Positions 1 through 13,254 are shown, counted from the stretch's first letter. The stretch: DNA of 64,000 nt from Biomphalaria pfeifferi (GCA_030265305.1 JASAOG010000079.1:237331-301330), one strand, 5' to 3'. The notes: generated from the letters alone by a model not told the origin. Numbers and translations: made by a program.

Positions 1-867
1 TTGCTGATCTTGTAGCACAAGTCACACCTACTGACCTTTGTCCGTTGTTTATTTTTATCAATACATATCATTACATGCCAAACAATCAGATGTAACATCT
101 GTGAGCAGGAATCACATGACTTTACCCCAATCTCATGGTTCAATGTTGCAAGGTGCTTCAGCAAGTTAGAAAGGATCCTACAAGTGCTACAGTCTAAGTA
201 GGAAGCCACATTTTTGTGTGTGTTAGAGGAAGCAAATGAAAGATCGTGTAAGGCTAAAGTTAGGCAAATGTTAAAAGCTTTTGGAATCTCAGTCCTCTCT
301 GGAACTCTGTTTGTCTGTGAATAAAATGCAACACTTATCAGAATATAAAATAGTTTATGCTTTTCTTATCAAGGCTACTTTTGTTTATTTAACATCAATC
401 ACATAAATAGCAGAAACGTTTTTTTTCTGCTTCACAGTGACATCTCTGATCTGGGCTAAGCAGAGCTCTACTGCATTTGTTTAGCTTAAAATATACTTTT
501 TCCTCAATTTTACCAATGTATGCTAGAAGTGGGTGAAATTGTTTATTTTGCATGTTTTTTTTTTTAATTAATTTTAACTAATGTACAGTGTTTTATTTGA
601 AAATAGAAAAAAAACGCTCAAGATTTTTTTTCTCTTTTGATTACAGATTAACATTTTAAAAATTACTTAAAAACATGCCTCGTCTATATTTAAGTCAATT
701 ACTATATCTATTTTTTCAGCAACTTAGTACCCTATACTAAAAATACCTTGACAATTGTAGGATAAATTTTAATTGAAAAGTAAAATCATTTATGTCACAC
801 AAAAATATTTGCTTTAAAAAAAAATCTGCAAAATGAGTTAAAAAACAAACTGAGATATTCAAGGTCA

Positions 868-1050
868 AGGATGGCTGCCTGGTCATGTGGTTTGCGCGCT
901 GGACTGTCGTTTGGATTTATTGATGGTCCCGAGTTCAAACCCTGCCCACTCACATCTCCTGTTGTCCTGCAGGAGGTTTAGACTAGGAAGTAATTATCTT
1001 CAACTCTGAAGGAACATCAGAAACAAGTAAAACAAACAAAATTTACAAAA
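868..1050 (+). mobile_element. tRNA-derived SINE, family B (ggctgcctggtc...gagttcaaaccctgcc...cttcaactctgaaggaacatc...ttacaaa)
   Basis: Five or more copies share more than 85% identity. Contains a box-B-like GGTTCAAACC. Confidence 0.85.
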
Positions 1051-1130
1051 GAATATTTTCCAAATGCAGAAATTTTTTTTATAATGAAGAGAACTAGCAA
1101 AAATAAAAAGGTAATCCATCAATGACTCAC

Positions 1131-1430
1131 TGAAGTTCCTAGCAGGTCACACAACTGCAGTATGGAAATAGCACCATGAATATTTTTAACACCATCTTGA
1201 AAAGGAGCTTCCATTTCATGGTTTGAAGTTCTTTGCTGATAAGTTCTTTCAGCCTGTTCTCTCAGTTCTTTGTGAAATGAATCTAATTTAGGAGCAGGGA
1301 GACTTGGAAAAAGTGGCAGCCTTCCAGAAAGTCTTTGTGGCCTACTTGGATCATCATCATCATCATCATCTTGTCTATTACGACCAGACTGACCATTGCT
1401 TTTTCCTCCTGAAGAAAATCTCCAAGCTCC
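1131..1430 (-). CDS. Exon of the same uncharacterised gene, 100 codons with poly-Asp tract (GAWRFSSGGKSNGQSGRNRQDDDDDDDPSRPQRLSGRLPLFPSLPAPKLDSFHKELREQAERTYQQRTSNHEMEAPFQDGVKNIHGAISILQLCDLLGTS). Continues beyond window start.
   Basis: Open frame bounded by acceptor ttttttaatag|GGA and a strong donor TCA|GTGAGT. Phase 0 to phase 0. Not in the ORF track because it lacks a start or stop codon. Confidence 0.6.
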
Positions 1431-2302
1431 CTATTAAAAAAAAAATATACCATACAGAATATCGCAATAACACAATATACTGATCAGATTATAGAAATTA
1501 AACATTTTGAAAATCATAATATAACTAATGCACAATTTAGTGATCAAAATACTGATAAAAAAGTAAAGAATTGCACATATTTTTTCAGTAATTACACAGT
1601 GTTCAAGATTTTCCAAGAAGACGCAGAAGTTGAATAAGTTAGTGGTATAAGAAGCTTGTTGCCATATGCACAGAAGAATATACTTTCTAAGTCATTATAT
1701 CCTTGAGGTAATAACATTTCTAAATGGTTTCAATTATTTCTTTGAATTTTAAATATTGATCTTTTAGGATTGTCCATAATTCTAACTCTGCTGCCAATTC
1801 TGCAATCCTGCAGGTTAGAGTTGAGACATACTCAATTTATTTATGAAGGAGTACTGAAACTTCAAACATTTAGTTAGTATTTTGTGTTAATTTTTTTGTG
1901 TTAAGCATTTTTTTCCCCAATGTTTTTTAACAATTAAGTTTTTTTGAGAAATTGTATTTGTCTTTAATTTTTTATGTTTATGAAGGCTTTTTGTTGAGGT
2001 ATTTATTTTGCAGCTATATTCTTTGCATTTCTTCAGATAACTTAATATTTATGATTAAACATTTCTTAAAATGTCATTTGTTACTTTTTATTTATATATA
2101 ATGTGATATAGATTAAAAGATTGAAGTGTAATATTTGCTGAGCATAAAATGTTAGTTTTGGTATTTATAAAATATTATATTAAGATTTTGTTATCTAAAA
2201 AACTAACTATAGATAATAAATATGCTGCTCCATTTATCATAAACAGCAACCATCAAAACAATTTAAAAAATCAATTATAAATCAGATAAAACATTGATAT
2301 AC

Positions 2303-2451
2303 CTGCTGTGTCTCATTTGATGAGCTACCACCAGAAGAATATCCTGAAGATTTGCTATTAGAACTGTTATCTCCAGTAGAATGGCCACGGACACTGAATG
2401 AGCAGTTTGTAGGCAGACCAGCTGGTTTGTCATTTGTATTCTTTAATATTC
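2303..2451 (-). CDS. Exon of the same uncharacterised gene (RILKNTNDKPAGLPTNCSFSVRGHSTGDNSSNSKSSGYSSGGSSSNETQQ)
   Basis: Within ORF 2282..2545. Acceptor tcattcag|GA, donor CAGCAG|GTATAT. Phase-compatible with the candidate donor at 2817. Confidence 0.55.
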
Positions 2452-2816
2452 CTGAATGATAAAAAAAGTAAAGATTTTTACTAATGAAGGAGTACATATA
2501 AATTACTGTAAATATAGATAGCAAAGTCTTTTTAAGACAATGCACATTTTGTGTCCATAGACAGCTTTAACTTTACAGAGTAATAGGGTGAATATATTTT
2601 TAAAATTATGCTAGACACTTTGTCTTGAAAAAGGGTATTGCTCTAAAAACATTTATTAATGATAAGCAGCATGAAAGGGAAAAAAAAAAAGGACTTGCAG
2701 TTCTAAGACAGTAAGAATAACATGTTGAGGTAACACACTAGATCAGCTAAGATAGACATCAGGACATCTTATACTAGTTTCTAACAAAGTACATTTTGAA
2801 AATAAAATAAACATAC

Positions 2817-4207
2817 TTTGAAACCATTGAAATGATGTAGTATTTCTCTTGTAGTTGTTCATTAAGTTGTGCTTGGGATGATTCATGGTTATTTTTGTGA
2901 AATAGAACTCGATATCTAGAAACATGTGTTTCTTTCTTGACCAAACTTCTCCATGGCGTTTTTTCCTAATTAAAAGCCCAAGTTTATTGCTATTACAAGA
3001 CTGCCATCTGTTATATCTTTTGTTCCAATAGGTAGTCTGTCCTCTGTATTTTTTTTTGTTGCTATTAAAAGCATGATTTCTACAATATTGCTTGTTCCTC
3101 TTAGTTGTCTGACAACCAAAATATTCCTTGCTGTCATCACCAGTCTGCTTTCTTCTATATTTCTTGTGCTTATTAATAGTCAATGCTTTGTAAAATTTTG
3201 TGTTTCTATTTGGTGTGTAACCTCTAAAATAGTTCTTGAAAAATGACATCTTTGTTTCTTTAGCATTCTTTTTAATTGAGTTTGAGCTTCTGGAACAGTG
3301 CAAACTTAATGGTTTAAGAGACTTAGATCTAGGTCTTTTAGAAATACTTTTTTTTAGAATGATTTGAACCTCTTTGATTTTCCTTATATTAACACTTGCA
3401 AGTAAAATATTAGATTTTTCTAGTGCTAAAGACTCCAGTTGTCCAGTAAAACATATCTTCTTGGAGTGATATGTCATTTTTGGTTGCACTCTAAAAACAA
3501 GATTGTTTTTCATAGTCTGATTTATTGTAGTGAAAGTGTTTAAGTCCACTGAGTCAGGCTCGTTATTAAGTTCACTCATGTAAAACGTTTGCTCCAAGCA
3601 GGTTAGATTTTCTTTTTGACTTACACTCTCTTTGTCCCAATTTTCAGTTTCTTCCAAATCTTTATTGATTTTATACTCAGGGTCATTAGATTCTTTGTTT
3701 GTAAAGAAGAAAGTTTTAATCTGAGTTTCATCTGCCCCTGGGTCATCAAATCTAATCAGCTTATCATTAAGTTCAATGCTTCCACTAGAACTAATCAGTT
3801 TGTCATTTAGATCAATGCTTTCACTAGAACTAATCAGTTTGTCATTTAGATCAATGCTCTGACTAGACCTAATCAGCTTGTCATTAATTTCAATGCTTCC
3901 ACTAGATCTTATCAACTTGCCATTTAGCTCAATGCTTTGACTAGAACTAATCAATGAGTTGTCATTCGATTCAATGATTTGTCTAGATATTTTTTGACAA
4001 TGACTATAATCTACTGCATCATAGGAATGGTGTAACATATAGTCAAATTTATGTTCTGATCTTGTGTGCAATTCTTTGTTGTCCACGTTTGTGTCATTAT
4101 GGAGCATTTGTTTTTTTATACAATTGTTAACAACATCTTTCAAACTGGAAGTCCTTTTAGCGGCATCATCTTTTGAACAGTAAATCTTCTTTGAATTGTC
4201 TTCCAAA
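2817..4207 (-). CDS. Large exon of an uncharacterised Ser/Lys-rich protein with 7 tandem 13-aa repeats (SSxSI[ED]LNDKLI[RS]) and a Lys/Arg/Cys-rich C-terminal region
   Basis: ORF track 2743..4206 (487 aa). The track's 'M' is a TTG codon, so this is not a true start. An acceptor taatacag|T lies immediately upstream and a candidate donor CAAA|GTATGT sits at about 2817. Repeat copies are about 39 nt at roughly 3760-3990. Confidence 0.55.
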
Positions 4208-6639
4208 CTGTATTACGAGAAAAAAATGTTAGAGAAATTAAGCAATATCAATTATTCAAGCATACAGTTTGAAGACAAAGTGAAATAACAAAAAACTAAA
4301 TCTCAAGCCTAGGAATACCAATAGCAATTATACCTATATGAATAATGTACCACATCACTCCATAAGACAAACCAAATTATAAGGAGAAAAAAATATTCTA
4401 ATCTAATAATAATCTAAATGATAGCTTTAGATATTTTATGATTCTTTTAGGTGGATTTCACATTTTTATAGGTAGACTATAAACTTCTGCACTCATTCTA
4501 AATTTTTGGACTTGACAAAATTAATAATAAGATGTTACACGGGTTGCGACGTGTTTGGATGTGACAATGTCAAGTTAAAATGTGACATAAATTAAAAATC
4601 AGTGTTTTCCCACTTTTTAGCTTCAATACCCCATGAGAATAAATGTCATTATATAAAAATAATTTTTCTCAAATTTAAATTCAGACATATAAACATGGAT
4701 GCAAGCAACAGAGCCCCATTTTTCCTGCAAGGGGGAGGGGGGTCGGCAACCCAAAAAAAAAAAATGCAAGCATGATGCCTCTTATATCTTCACAACATAA
4801 ATAAAACATTTAGCGCTATATATATATATATAAATATATTTATATATATATATGATATAAAGCTAATTTTCTTTTCAATAGATGTCAACCAATTAAAAAA
4901 TACTTTCAAGTATCTCTTAGGACAGAACTACTCAAAATTTTCCAGCTCAGATATCCTTTTACAACCCATACGATATTGGCAGACCCCTGACGCAGCCCGA
5001 TTTGTCTGCCTAAATCGCCTATTGGTAAAGTCACTAGCATAATCAAACTATCCGACCCCTGTGTATTTTTTGGCTCTGTGCTATTCATAATACAATAATA
5101 TACAAAGACTTTTCATTCACTGTTGTCGCATTGCTAATAATTTTCTGCTCATTTATGTATTATACATTTGTTTTACGTTCAAACTCTTTTGGTTCATAAT
5201 GATTTGTTACAAGATGACACTTCAGTTTAGCAGGTTTAAAACTTTTGTTCGATAACGCATTGAAACTGAGAAACATTGCTGCTGTTCACTGTTGCCTTTG
5301 CATGGTAGAAATACAAAATGTAAATATTCAGTAGCACATTTACATGGTGTGGCCTCTCTTACGTCATCATGTCTCATTTCATTTCCACAGTTTACATTAC
5401 ATACTTAAGCTTCAAAAATTTATCCATAATCTAACGGTTAGATGGGCATGTGAATAACAATTTAATAAACATAAATCACCACTGTATAATGTAATAATTA
5501 ATCATATAATGTGCATGATTAATAGCCAGACTGATAGTGTTGCTGAGTCTCAGGGTCATCGGTTGGAAACAGCAAAATGAAATTTGGCCTACTTTCTATG
5601 AATGGCATGATAAATATGAGAAATTAATAGAATGATGGATAAGTTTATAAAATAAGTACATTTGATTTTCATGCGCAAAATATAATTCTACTACAGGCCT
5701 GTTATTAATCATTGTTGTTTAGCCAAGATGTATCAACAATAGTCAGAATAGTTCGTAACAGACATATTAAACAGTAGTGAGTGGCGAGTTGATCATTATT
5801 CAATTTAACCGATCGGATTTAATTGGCTTTCAGTGAAGAAGTTATTATATAATTGTATAAATTTTCATCTTTCTGTGGACCCCCTCTATGGTCTTCTTGC
5901 GCTACCTCAGTGAGAACCACTGTTATAGGAAATAGCTGATTTAATTGATTGAGAAACACTGTAAAATAATGATAGTTGCTTGCAATTATCATGAAGAAAA
6001 AATTAGGAAAAAAAAAAGTTAAACTTTTAATGATGTCAAGAATAAGGTTGAAAAATTTTTTTAAAATTACCTTTGAAAATTAGTGCTACAGATGTGTACC
6101 AAAACCTTCTCATGGAATGAATGTATTATTTCGTTAGGCATGACTAACTCTGAAATCAGAAATGTTTCAAATAGAATGATTTTCTTTCTTTTTTTTTTTT
6201 TTTTAAAAAAGCTTATATCAACTAACTCTGTCTAACAGATTGAAAAATAAATTTGGTATGATCACAATACCCTTTCAAAGGCATACTATGTATGTATCAA
6301 TCAAGAACCTAGGATAACCTCTGTAATATGATAAGGCCTAAGCCAAGCCTCCTGTAGTGCCCTGGTAAAAAATCTGCCGTGTACCACGGTGCCAATTAGC
6401 TCCAATACAGTTCTAGTGACCTAACAGATATACGTCTCCCTGCAGCTTACCAAGAAAGAATTAAACAATGTTCCAATGTTCACAGCTTTATTTCACTTTT
6501 AAACACTTGACTGTGAACTGTCCATCACACTATCATAACATCTATTCTATTAAATTCTATTCCAATACATTATCTTAACATTTATTACACAGTTAACAGT
6601 CTTCCTTTCATTCTTTTTTTGACAATTTATAAAAGTGGA

Positions 6640-6850
6640 ATGTGTAGCTGAGAGGCCCAAACTGTGTGGCTATGCCGGCTTAGTCACATAACAATGGGGC
6701 TCAAGTTCAAATCCTGCATAAAGTAGAGTTGTGTTCTGAGTGCCTAATGGCAGCACAAGCACTTTCTTCCAGATACCCCCCCTTCCCCAATGGTCCACTA
6801 ATGAGACTGGACCATACTGAACATAGCACACTTACTTAGCATGCTTTAAG
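6640..6850 (+). mobile_element. tRNA-derived SINE, family A (…gtggctatgccggcttagtcac…ggctcaagttcaaatcc…cccc.tggtccac.aatgagactggaccat…agcatgct)
   Basis: Four copies or fragments in the window. Confidence 0.85.
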
Positions 6851-6879
6851 CTTCACTTGTTGACTTGATGATATAGTTA

Positions 6880-8010
6880 CCTAGTAAAGGCTAGTGTAGA
6901 GGTTATCTAATGTAGATCTAAAGAATCTAGTCAACTAGAGACAGTCTGGTCTTATTTTATATTGACTATAGATCTATAATTAAATATTGTATTATAATAT
7001 TATACTACTAGTTTAGCCTAGTAGAGTATCTATAGGTCTATATAATATAGAATAATAGATACTGAGGGAGATAATAGTAAATAGTGCTCTAGAAACTATA
7101 TATTATATAAGGGGAATATAGTAAATAAATTAGTACAAGATCTATAGGTCAGTATAAGTAATTATAATAACTATATGATCATCTTAGTCTTAGTATCTAG
7201 ATTCTAGATCTTTACTTAATCTATATTACTAGATCTAAATGATCTATATATAATATAAATAATATAAAAATCTAATTCTAACCCGGGCATGCTACCCTGC
7301 CTCATAGTGGCGCCCAGGTGGAGGAAACGATTAGGCTAAAGGGTAGCAAAACAAGACTCCCGTGGGGGTGCGAGAGCAACATGATTGCACTGCGCAGAGT
7401 TGTAAAAAAGCTCCCACAACCTTGTCACATCCAGGCGCTGTTCCTCAAGGGGCCGTTACATAAATGGCTTGTCCCGCATGGTTAGCCTGGTATAGAAAAG
7501 GAAAATGGCGGGGGTCTTAGTGTACGCTGCCTCTTGCCATGAGTCTGACCCACCTGCCAGACAGAACAGTGTACACTGTTCTCATTCAGGCCGGTGAGAG
7601 AGAGCTCTTGTTCACTTTTGCTGGCCTTCGTAGACTAGTCACTAGTGACGTAAGTCTAAGTGACAGTAAATAGATCTAGATCTATGTCATGAGTAAGCAT
7701 TAAGTTGAGTAAGACTAAGTAGATCTAGTGAGACTGGGTGTGAGTAGTGTTTTTTTTTAGAATACTGTAGACGTAGTAGAGTAGTGAAAATAGAGTCGGA
7801 CTCTAATACTAGAGACAGTTACTGACAGAATTACGGAATTACTATTATTTTATTAGCCGACTCCAGTATACTGTCAATACTGACTAGACTTATTGATCTA
7901 GATCTAGAAATCTGGGTATCGAGATGGACTAATCTAGTCTTAAGATGATAAGTTAGTCTAGATCTATATTATTATATAATCTAGATCTATACAAGACTAG
8001 TAGACTCTTA
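6880..8010. repeat. Low-complexity 'tagatcta / tagtcta / agactag' palindrome-rich block of about 1.1 kb
   Basis: Dense short palindromic words. Compositionally similar blocks occur at 33990-34330, 57420-57700 and 58060-58270. Confidence 0.6.
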
Positions 8011-8146
8011 CAAGTACAACTCTTGCAACCTGTTCGATTTCCTGTACACACATTTTCGGATAAAGATCCACATTTCCGTAAACTTTGGTGTCTAGATCTA
8101 CAAGTGCCAAGTGTAAGATTTCATGCACGGAACAATCTTTTTCTAG

Positions 8147-8149
<3 letters not shown>

Positions 8150-8216
<67 letters not shown>
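8150..8216. repeat. (AT)n microsatellite, about 33 units
   Basis: Direct reading. Confidence 0.95.
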
Positions 8217-8219
<3 letters not shown>

Positions 8220-8789
8220 CGGTTCTGTTTTTTTTTTCTATAGTGAAGATTTACAAACTTCGTGACGTGATTGAAAAGTAATTTCGCTTATAATAATACG
8301 CCATTGTTTTATAAACCAGTTATTGTAGGTTGTATTTTCACTATGAAACAACCCATAAAAATGGATCTTGAACAAAAGATGCTTATTTGCGTTATTTTTT
8401 GTGTTATTTTTGTGAATTCATTACATGTAAATGTTAATATGTAATTTTTTTTTAACTTTATCGATTAATTCACATCAATCTGATTTTAGTCCATGAACTA
8501 ATAATATGAAATTTGGTAAATCATTTATGTATATTAAAAATAGTAGTGGACCAACGATTGTTCCTTGGGGTACACCAGGTACGTGGGGGGGGGGGGGGAG
8601 GCTAAGTGTACGACATCGTTCTGACCATATTTAACGCCCAGGCTGGAGGGGTGGGGACTACCGAGTGTGCGACATCATTCTGACCATATATAACGCCCAT
8701 GCGTTCATCTCATTTCTATGAGCTATGGGTTTATTAGAGGAAATTTCTATAAATCAAATAAGAACAAAAAACTAAAATGTTATTAAACC

Positions 8790-9280
8790 TTGGTAAGCCC
8801 AATAATAGAATATGCATCCTCTGTTTGGGACCCCTCAACTCAAGAGAACATTAAGAAACTTGAGCAGACACAAAATAGAGCAGTGAGATTCATAACAAAC
8901 GAATATTCACATTTGACTAGAGTAACACCTTTAGTAAACTCACTAAATTTAGAAAGCCTTCAGGACAGAAGACTCAAAAGTAAAGTAGCAATTATACATA
9001 AAACACTGAACCATAATCTTCAAATACAAAAAACAGAATATAATAAAATACTCAGAAAGACACAAAGATAAGGGCACATTCCTCGTTCCATATTCTAGGA
9101 CAAATTTATACAAAAGCTCCTTCTTCACTAGCGCTATTAGAGCATGGAATGGGTTGCCTGAGCTAGCCAGGAAAACCAGTTTAGGTCATTGGTTAATATG
9201 CATGACTAAATGTATGACGAGTAAGACGTAATCATCTTTTTTGAAATAACGTCTGTATCATATAAGATAAGATAAGCTGA
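8790..9280 (+). mobile_element. 5'-truncated copy of the same LINE family (RT C-terminus plus 3' tail)
   Basis: ORF 8790..9071 is near-identical to the C-terminus of the 50312 ORF (PIIEYASSVWDPSTQENIKKLEQTQNRAVRFITNEYSHLTR). The tail 'atgcatgactaaatgtatgacgagtaagacgtaatcatc' is present. Confidence 0.9.
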
Positions 9281-9409
9281 TCCATAGTCATTTTGCCACT
9301 GAATGCGGCCATAGACAGACCATAAACATAGACTACTAGTAATAACAAATTAAGCCGGCCAAACAATAGGCCTACTACCGAATTTGCATTATGTCTACTT
9401 TGTATTGAT

Positions 9410-9680
9410 AGACATATACAAAAACAAAATTTAATAAAATACTCAGAAAGACACAAAGATAAAGGCACATTCCTTGTTCCATATGCTAGGACAAATTTGT
9501 ACAAATGCTCTTTCTTCCCTATGGCTATTAGAGCATGGAATGGGTTGCCTTATGAGCTAGCCAGGAAAAGTAGTGTCTTGGCAGAATTTAGGTCATTGGT
9601 TAATATGCATGACTAAATGCATGACGCGTAGGACGTAATCATCTTTTTTTGAAGTAACGTCTGTATCTATAAGATAAGAG
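9410..9680 (+). mobile_element. Another 3' fragment of the same LINE family
   Basis: Carries 'aaaatactcagaaagacacaaagataaaggcacattccttgttccatatgctaggacaaatttgtac...agagcatggaatgggttgcc...gtaggacgtaatcatc'. Confidence 0.85.
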
Positions 9681-10269
9681 ACGGAGGATTATGATTGCGA
9701 CAATGTGTACTCCATAAATAGGCCTATAGAAACCTGCGCTTTTAGGCCTACCCGCTGCCCGCAGTGCCAATGGGTGGAGATAACGGGAGGCGAAGTTGAG
9801 TTAGTGTGAAACACAAACTTTCTTTAAAATAATCTTGTTTATTTTATGTTAGCGCTATTAATCGCACTTTATGCCGAATTCTTTCTGGGAATTAAAGACC
9901 GCGTAGTTTTGTTATAATTGACATTAGCCTACACTAATAAATGACATAGGCCTAAACACGCATGCCTAGATTGACCTAGGGACACACGCAGGACGTTATC
10001 ATCATTTTTTTTGTTTAAATAGGCCTAATGTCTGTTTTTACAAAGCTTATATAAACTCACTCTGTCTGTCTGGTAAATAGTTATACACGTTATTTCTCCC
10101 ACACACAATCTCGGATCAAGCTGAAATTGTACACAATTATTTCTTTTACCTGAAAAAAAAAAGAATCAATAAAAAAAATTAACCAATTAGTTAATTAACT
10201 ATTGGTAATTAATTACTTTGTTTTGTATCTAAAAAATGGAGCCGAGATGCTAGCTACAGAAAGATCATA

Positions 10270-10660
10270 GGTGTATCGCATCACGAATGAAGAGATTAGA
10301 AACAGGATTTATACAGCTATTGGACCCCATGTTGACACTGACAAAAAAACGTAAACTCAAACTCTTGGGCCACATCATAAGGTCTTCAGAGGTCCCAAAG
10401 ACCTTCCTTCAAGGAACAATAGTAGGAAAAAGAAGAATAGGAAATGATGGGAAGACAACATCAAAGAATGGAAAGGCCTCTTATTGAATAAAATTCTATC
10501 CAAAGCAAAGGACAGAGAGGAATGGAGAAAGGCAGTTGACAGATGTTATGTGATGCCCCTACGGTTCGACGGACTAAGGGATAGGTGAAGGTATCTCGCA
10601 GAAGGGAAAGAAATTGTACTTGAATGACTGTGTTAGGTAAGGAGCTTGTATGGTGCAATT
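10270..10660 (+). mobile_element. RTE/L2-like LINE 3' terminus (…GKRRIGNDGKTTSKNGKASY…KAKDREEWRKAVD)
   Basis: Conserved 'KRR.GR…W.D…W.G…A.DR..WR' C-terminal signature. Two more copies at 17790..18000 and 44130..44385. Confidence 0.7.
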
Positions 10661-11267
10661 TTCTTGAGTGTGTTTTGAAACGTATTGTTTAGTGAGATTT
10701 GACTTCGTGTCCTGGTCACACACTTCCTACCTAAAAGTAAATATACAATGCTATACTTTGCAATTTTACAGTAGTTCTTGATGTAAAACCCAATATTTTA
10801 AAAAAATATTTCTAATCACACAGATTTATTGTTGTTTGTCTAGAATAGTCAATATCTATTACAAATTTAATTACATGACTGATCCAAACTTATTGATACA
10901 ATTTACTTCGTCTAAACTTTGTTCTTGTGTTTTTAAAGTATTTTTTGTTGTTGCTATTCTTGTTTTGTATTTTAAAAGCGATCACCGTAACATTTACGAG
11001 ATATCCCCTTCTTTCCCCCCTCTCTTTCCCAATTGGGCCAGAGCTAAAAGCATGAATTTGCGCTAAATAAAAACAAATGGTAAACTTATTTCTAATCGCA
11101 CAGATTTATTAGGCTATTGTTAGTCTATATGCCTATCTATTACACATTTAATTACATTACTGATCCAAAATAATTGATACAATTAGGCTACACTTAATAC
11201 AAGCTTTGTTGTTGTTTTTTTAGTATTATTTTAAAACATGTTTTTATTGTTTGAATGATAAACTGCG

Positions 11268-11500
11268 ATTCGCGGTGGCTGAGCTGTAGAGCACTTGGCT
11301 TCCGAAGCGGGGGTCTCGGGTTCGAATCCTGGCGAAGACTGGGATTTTTAATTTTGGTATCTTTGGGCGCCTCTGGGAAAATTAGAGGCGGTTGGTCGTT
11401 GTGCTGGCCACATAACACCCTCATTAACCATAGGCCACAGAAACAGATGACCTTCACATCATCTGCCCTATAGATCACAAGGTCTGAAAGGGGAACTTTT
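11268..11500 (+). mobile_element. tRNA-derived SINE, family C (gcggtggctgagc...gggttcgaatcc...ccctatagaccacaaggtctgaaagggga)
   Basis: Three copies. ORFs 11194..11478 and 11255..11473 are spurious. Confidence 0.9.
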
Positions 11501-13254
11501 TTTTTTAATGATAAACTGCATTAATCCTATATGGTCTTAAGGAGAAGAGACAGGAAACTAAGGTGAAGAACTATCATTTATTGTAACAAGTATAAGGACC
11601 AAAGTTTACGTAAGCCACTGCACATTATAGACCAAGCTTTAAACACACAGTTAGAAATTGCTTGTAGTAGACTCCTCCCCCATTTTTGTTCCGGTTGCCT
11701 GAATGTATAACACCAGCTAACTTTGCAATGACGCATACATTGATACATAACACGAACACATATGCGCTTAGTTCCTTGGTCATACATTTAATTGTGTAAT
11801 GATAGGCTCAAGTTGTTTTCCGAGAAAATGTATCCCCCCCCCCACCATTCTTCCCAACAGCCCTTCCTTCTTTACATTCCTCTACACAAGATCTTGGCCG
11901 ATAATCTGATCTGTGTACACAAGGTGCTTTAAAAGTAGAATTTTTGACATGATGGACACTAGGTCTTTTAATAGAGACCATTATAGGCCTACAGTAGTCT
12001 TACAATTATATTGTTATCGGTGACAAGGTTTTTGTGGGGACACGAGTTGATGTTGACCACGACTTGGCCTAAATTGTGCCGATGTGCCTAAAATCAAATC
12101 AGTTGATGTTGAGCGTAGGTGGACACACAACTGAACTGATTATGGCTTAGTGTTGGGTGAAGAGGATTACTTATTTTCTTATACCCCCCCCCCCCCCCAA
12201 AAAAAAACGTGTATCAAACCTTGTTTAATGTTCAAAGAAATTATTGCATAGTAGGCCTACAAGTGTGTCTATGAATAATTTACTTCCTTCCTTATTAGAA
12301 GAGCACACTTTCGGCTTTGTCACGCCAATGCACTAACACACACAGACTACAACACACGCGCACACCAAGTAGGCCTGCGCACACCAAGTAGGCCTACGCA
12401 CACAGAGTGGATGCAAGATGTGTATTCTGTTTAAATCTTATTTCACTTCTCTGTCATTTCTTCATTGGCCAATAATCGCATTCAAGTATGTAGCAATACT
12501 CTCCAGCCCCGGCTCGTGTACCTACTGAATTTTATTATTATTATTATTTTTGTAATACAATCATGTTGTGTGTGTGTGTGTTATTAACCATTTTTTTTTG
12601 ATGGGGGGGGGGGGGGGGGCTGAGGTCCTCAATCTTTTATGTCTTTTTTTTTTAATTAATTAATTTATTTTTCGAAATACATTTGTATAATGGTTCATTG
12701 CTATTGTAGCATGCGACTATGGATCATCTTAGAGATAAGATGAATGCCTGGGTTTTAAGCTATATGGACGAAAGGATGTCGTCATTTATTGAATTTGTTT
12801 TCATCACCTTTATGCTCTTTGCACGACTTCAACATTACTTTAGCCTAGATAGTGATGAATTAGTCTACTTTCTACTTAATTATGTCATTACACAAATCTA
12901 GATTGTGATCATAGTGATCAATACTCAGGCAATTTTTTTTCCAGCGTTTTTAGTCTACTTTAAAAATAAAATCTAGAATTAGAATTAAAACCCAAATAAA
13001 CCAAAGGCTAAAAAAAAAACACTAAAACTAATAAAAACTACTTTATTCATGGTAAGCCTGTGATGTAAGCTTAAGATTAAAAAATATCTAGTGTTATGTT
13101 AAATGAAAAGTTTTTCTAAAATCTCCATAGGCCTACTGACGAAATTATTAAAACATAATAAAGCATAACAAATAAATAAATAACAAACAAATAATAAATA
13201 AAACATCAGGGTTTGTTAAAAGATATTTTTACCAACAGAACAAGAGCAGAAAAC

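Noticed and set aside
3616-3810. Plus-strand ORF antisense to the tandem-repeat exon
   Set aside because: Antisense shadow ORF of a repetitive, codon-biased region.
4206-4206. ATG start for the 487-aa ORF
   Set aside because: The codon is TTG (the ORF track uses alternative starts). An AG acceptor lies immediately upstream, so it is treated as an internal exon.
11194-11478. ORFs 11194..11478(-), 11255..11473(+), 25489..25683(-), 52625..52981(+)
   Set aside because: Translations of family-C and family-A SINEs.
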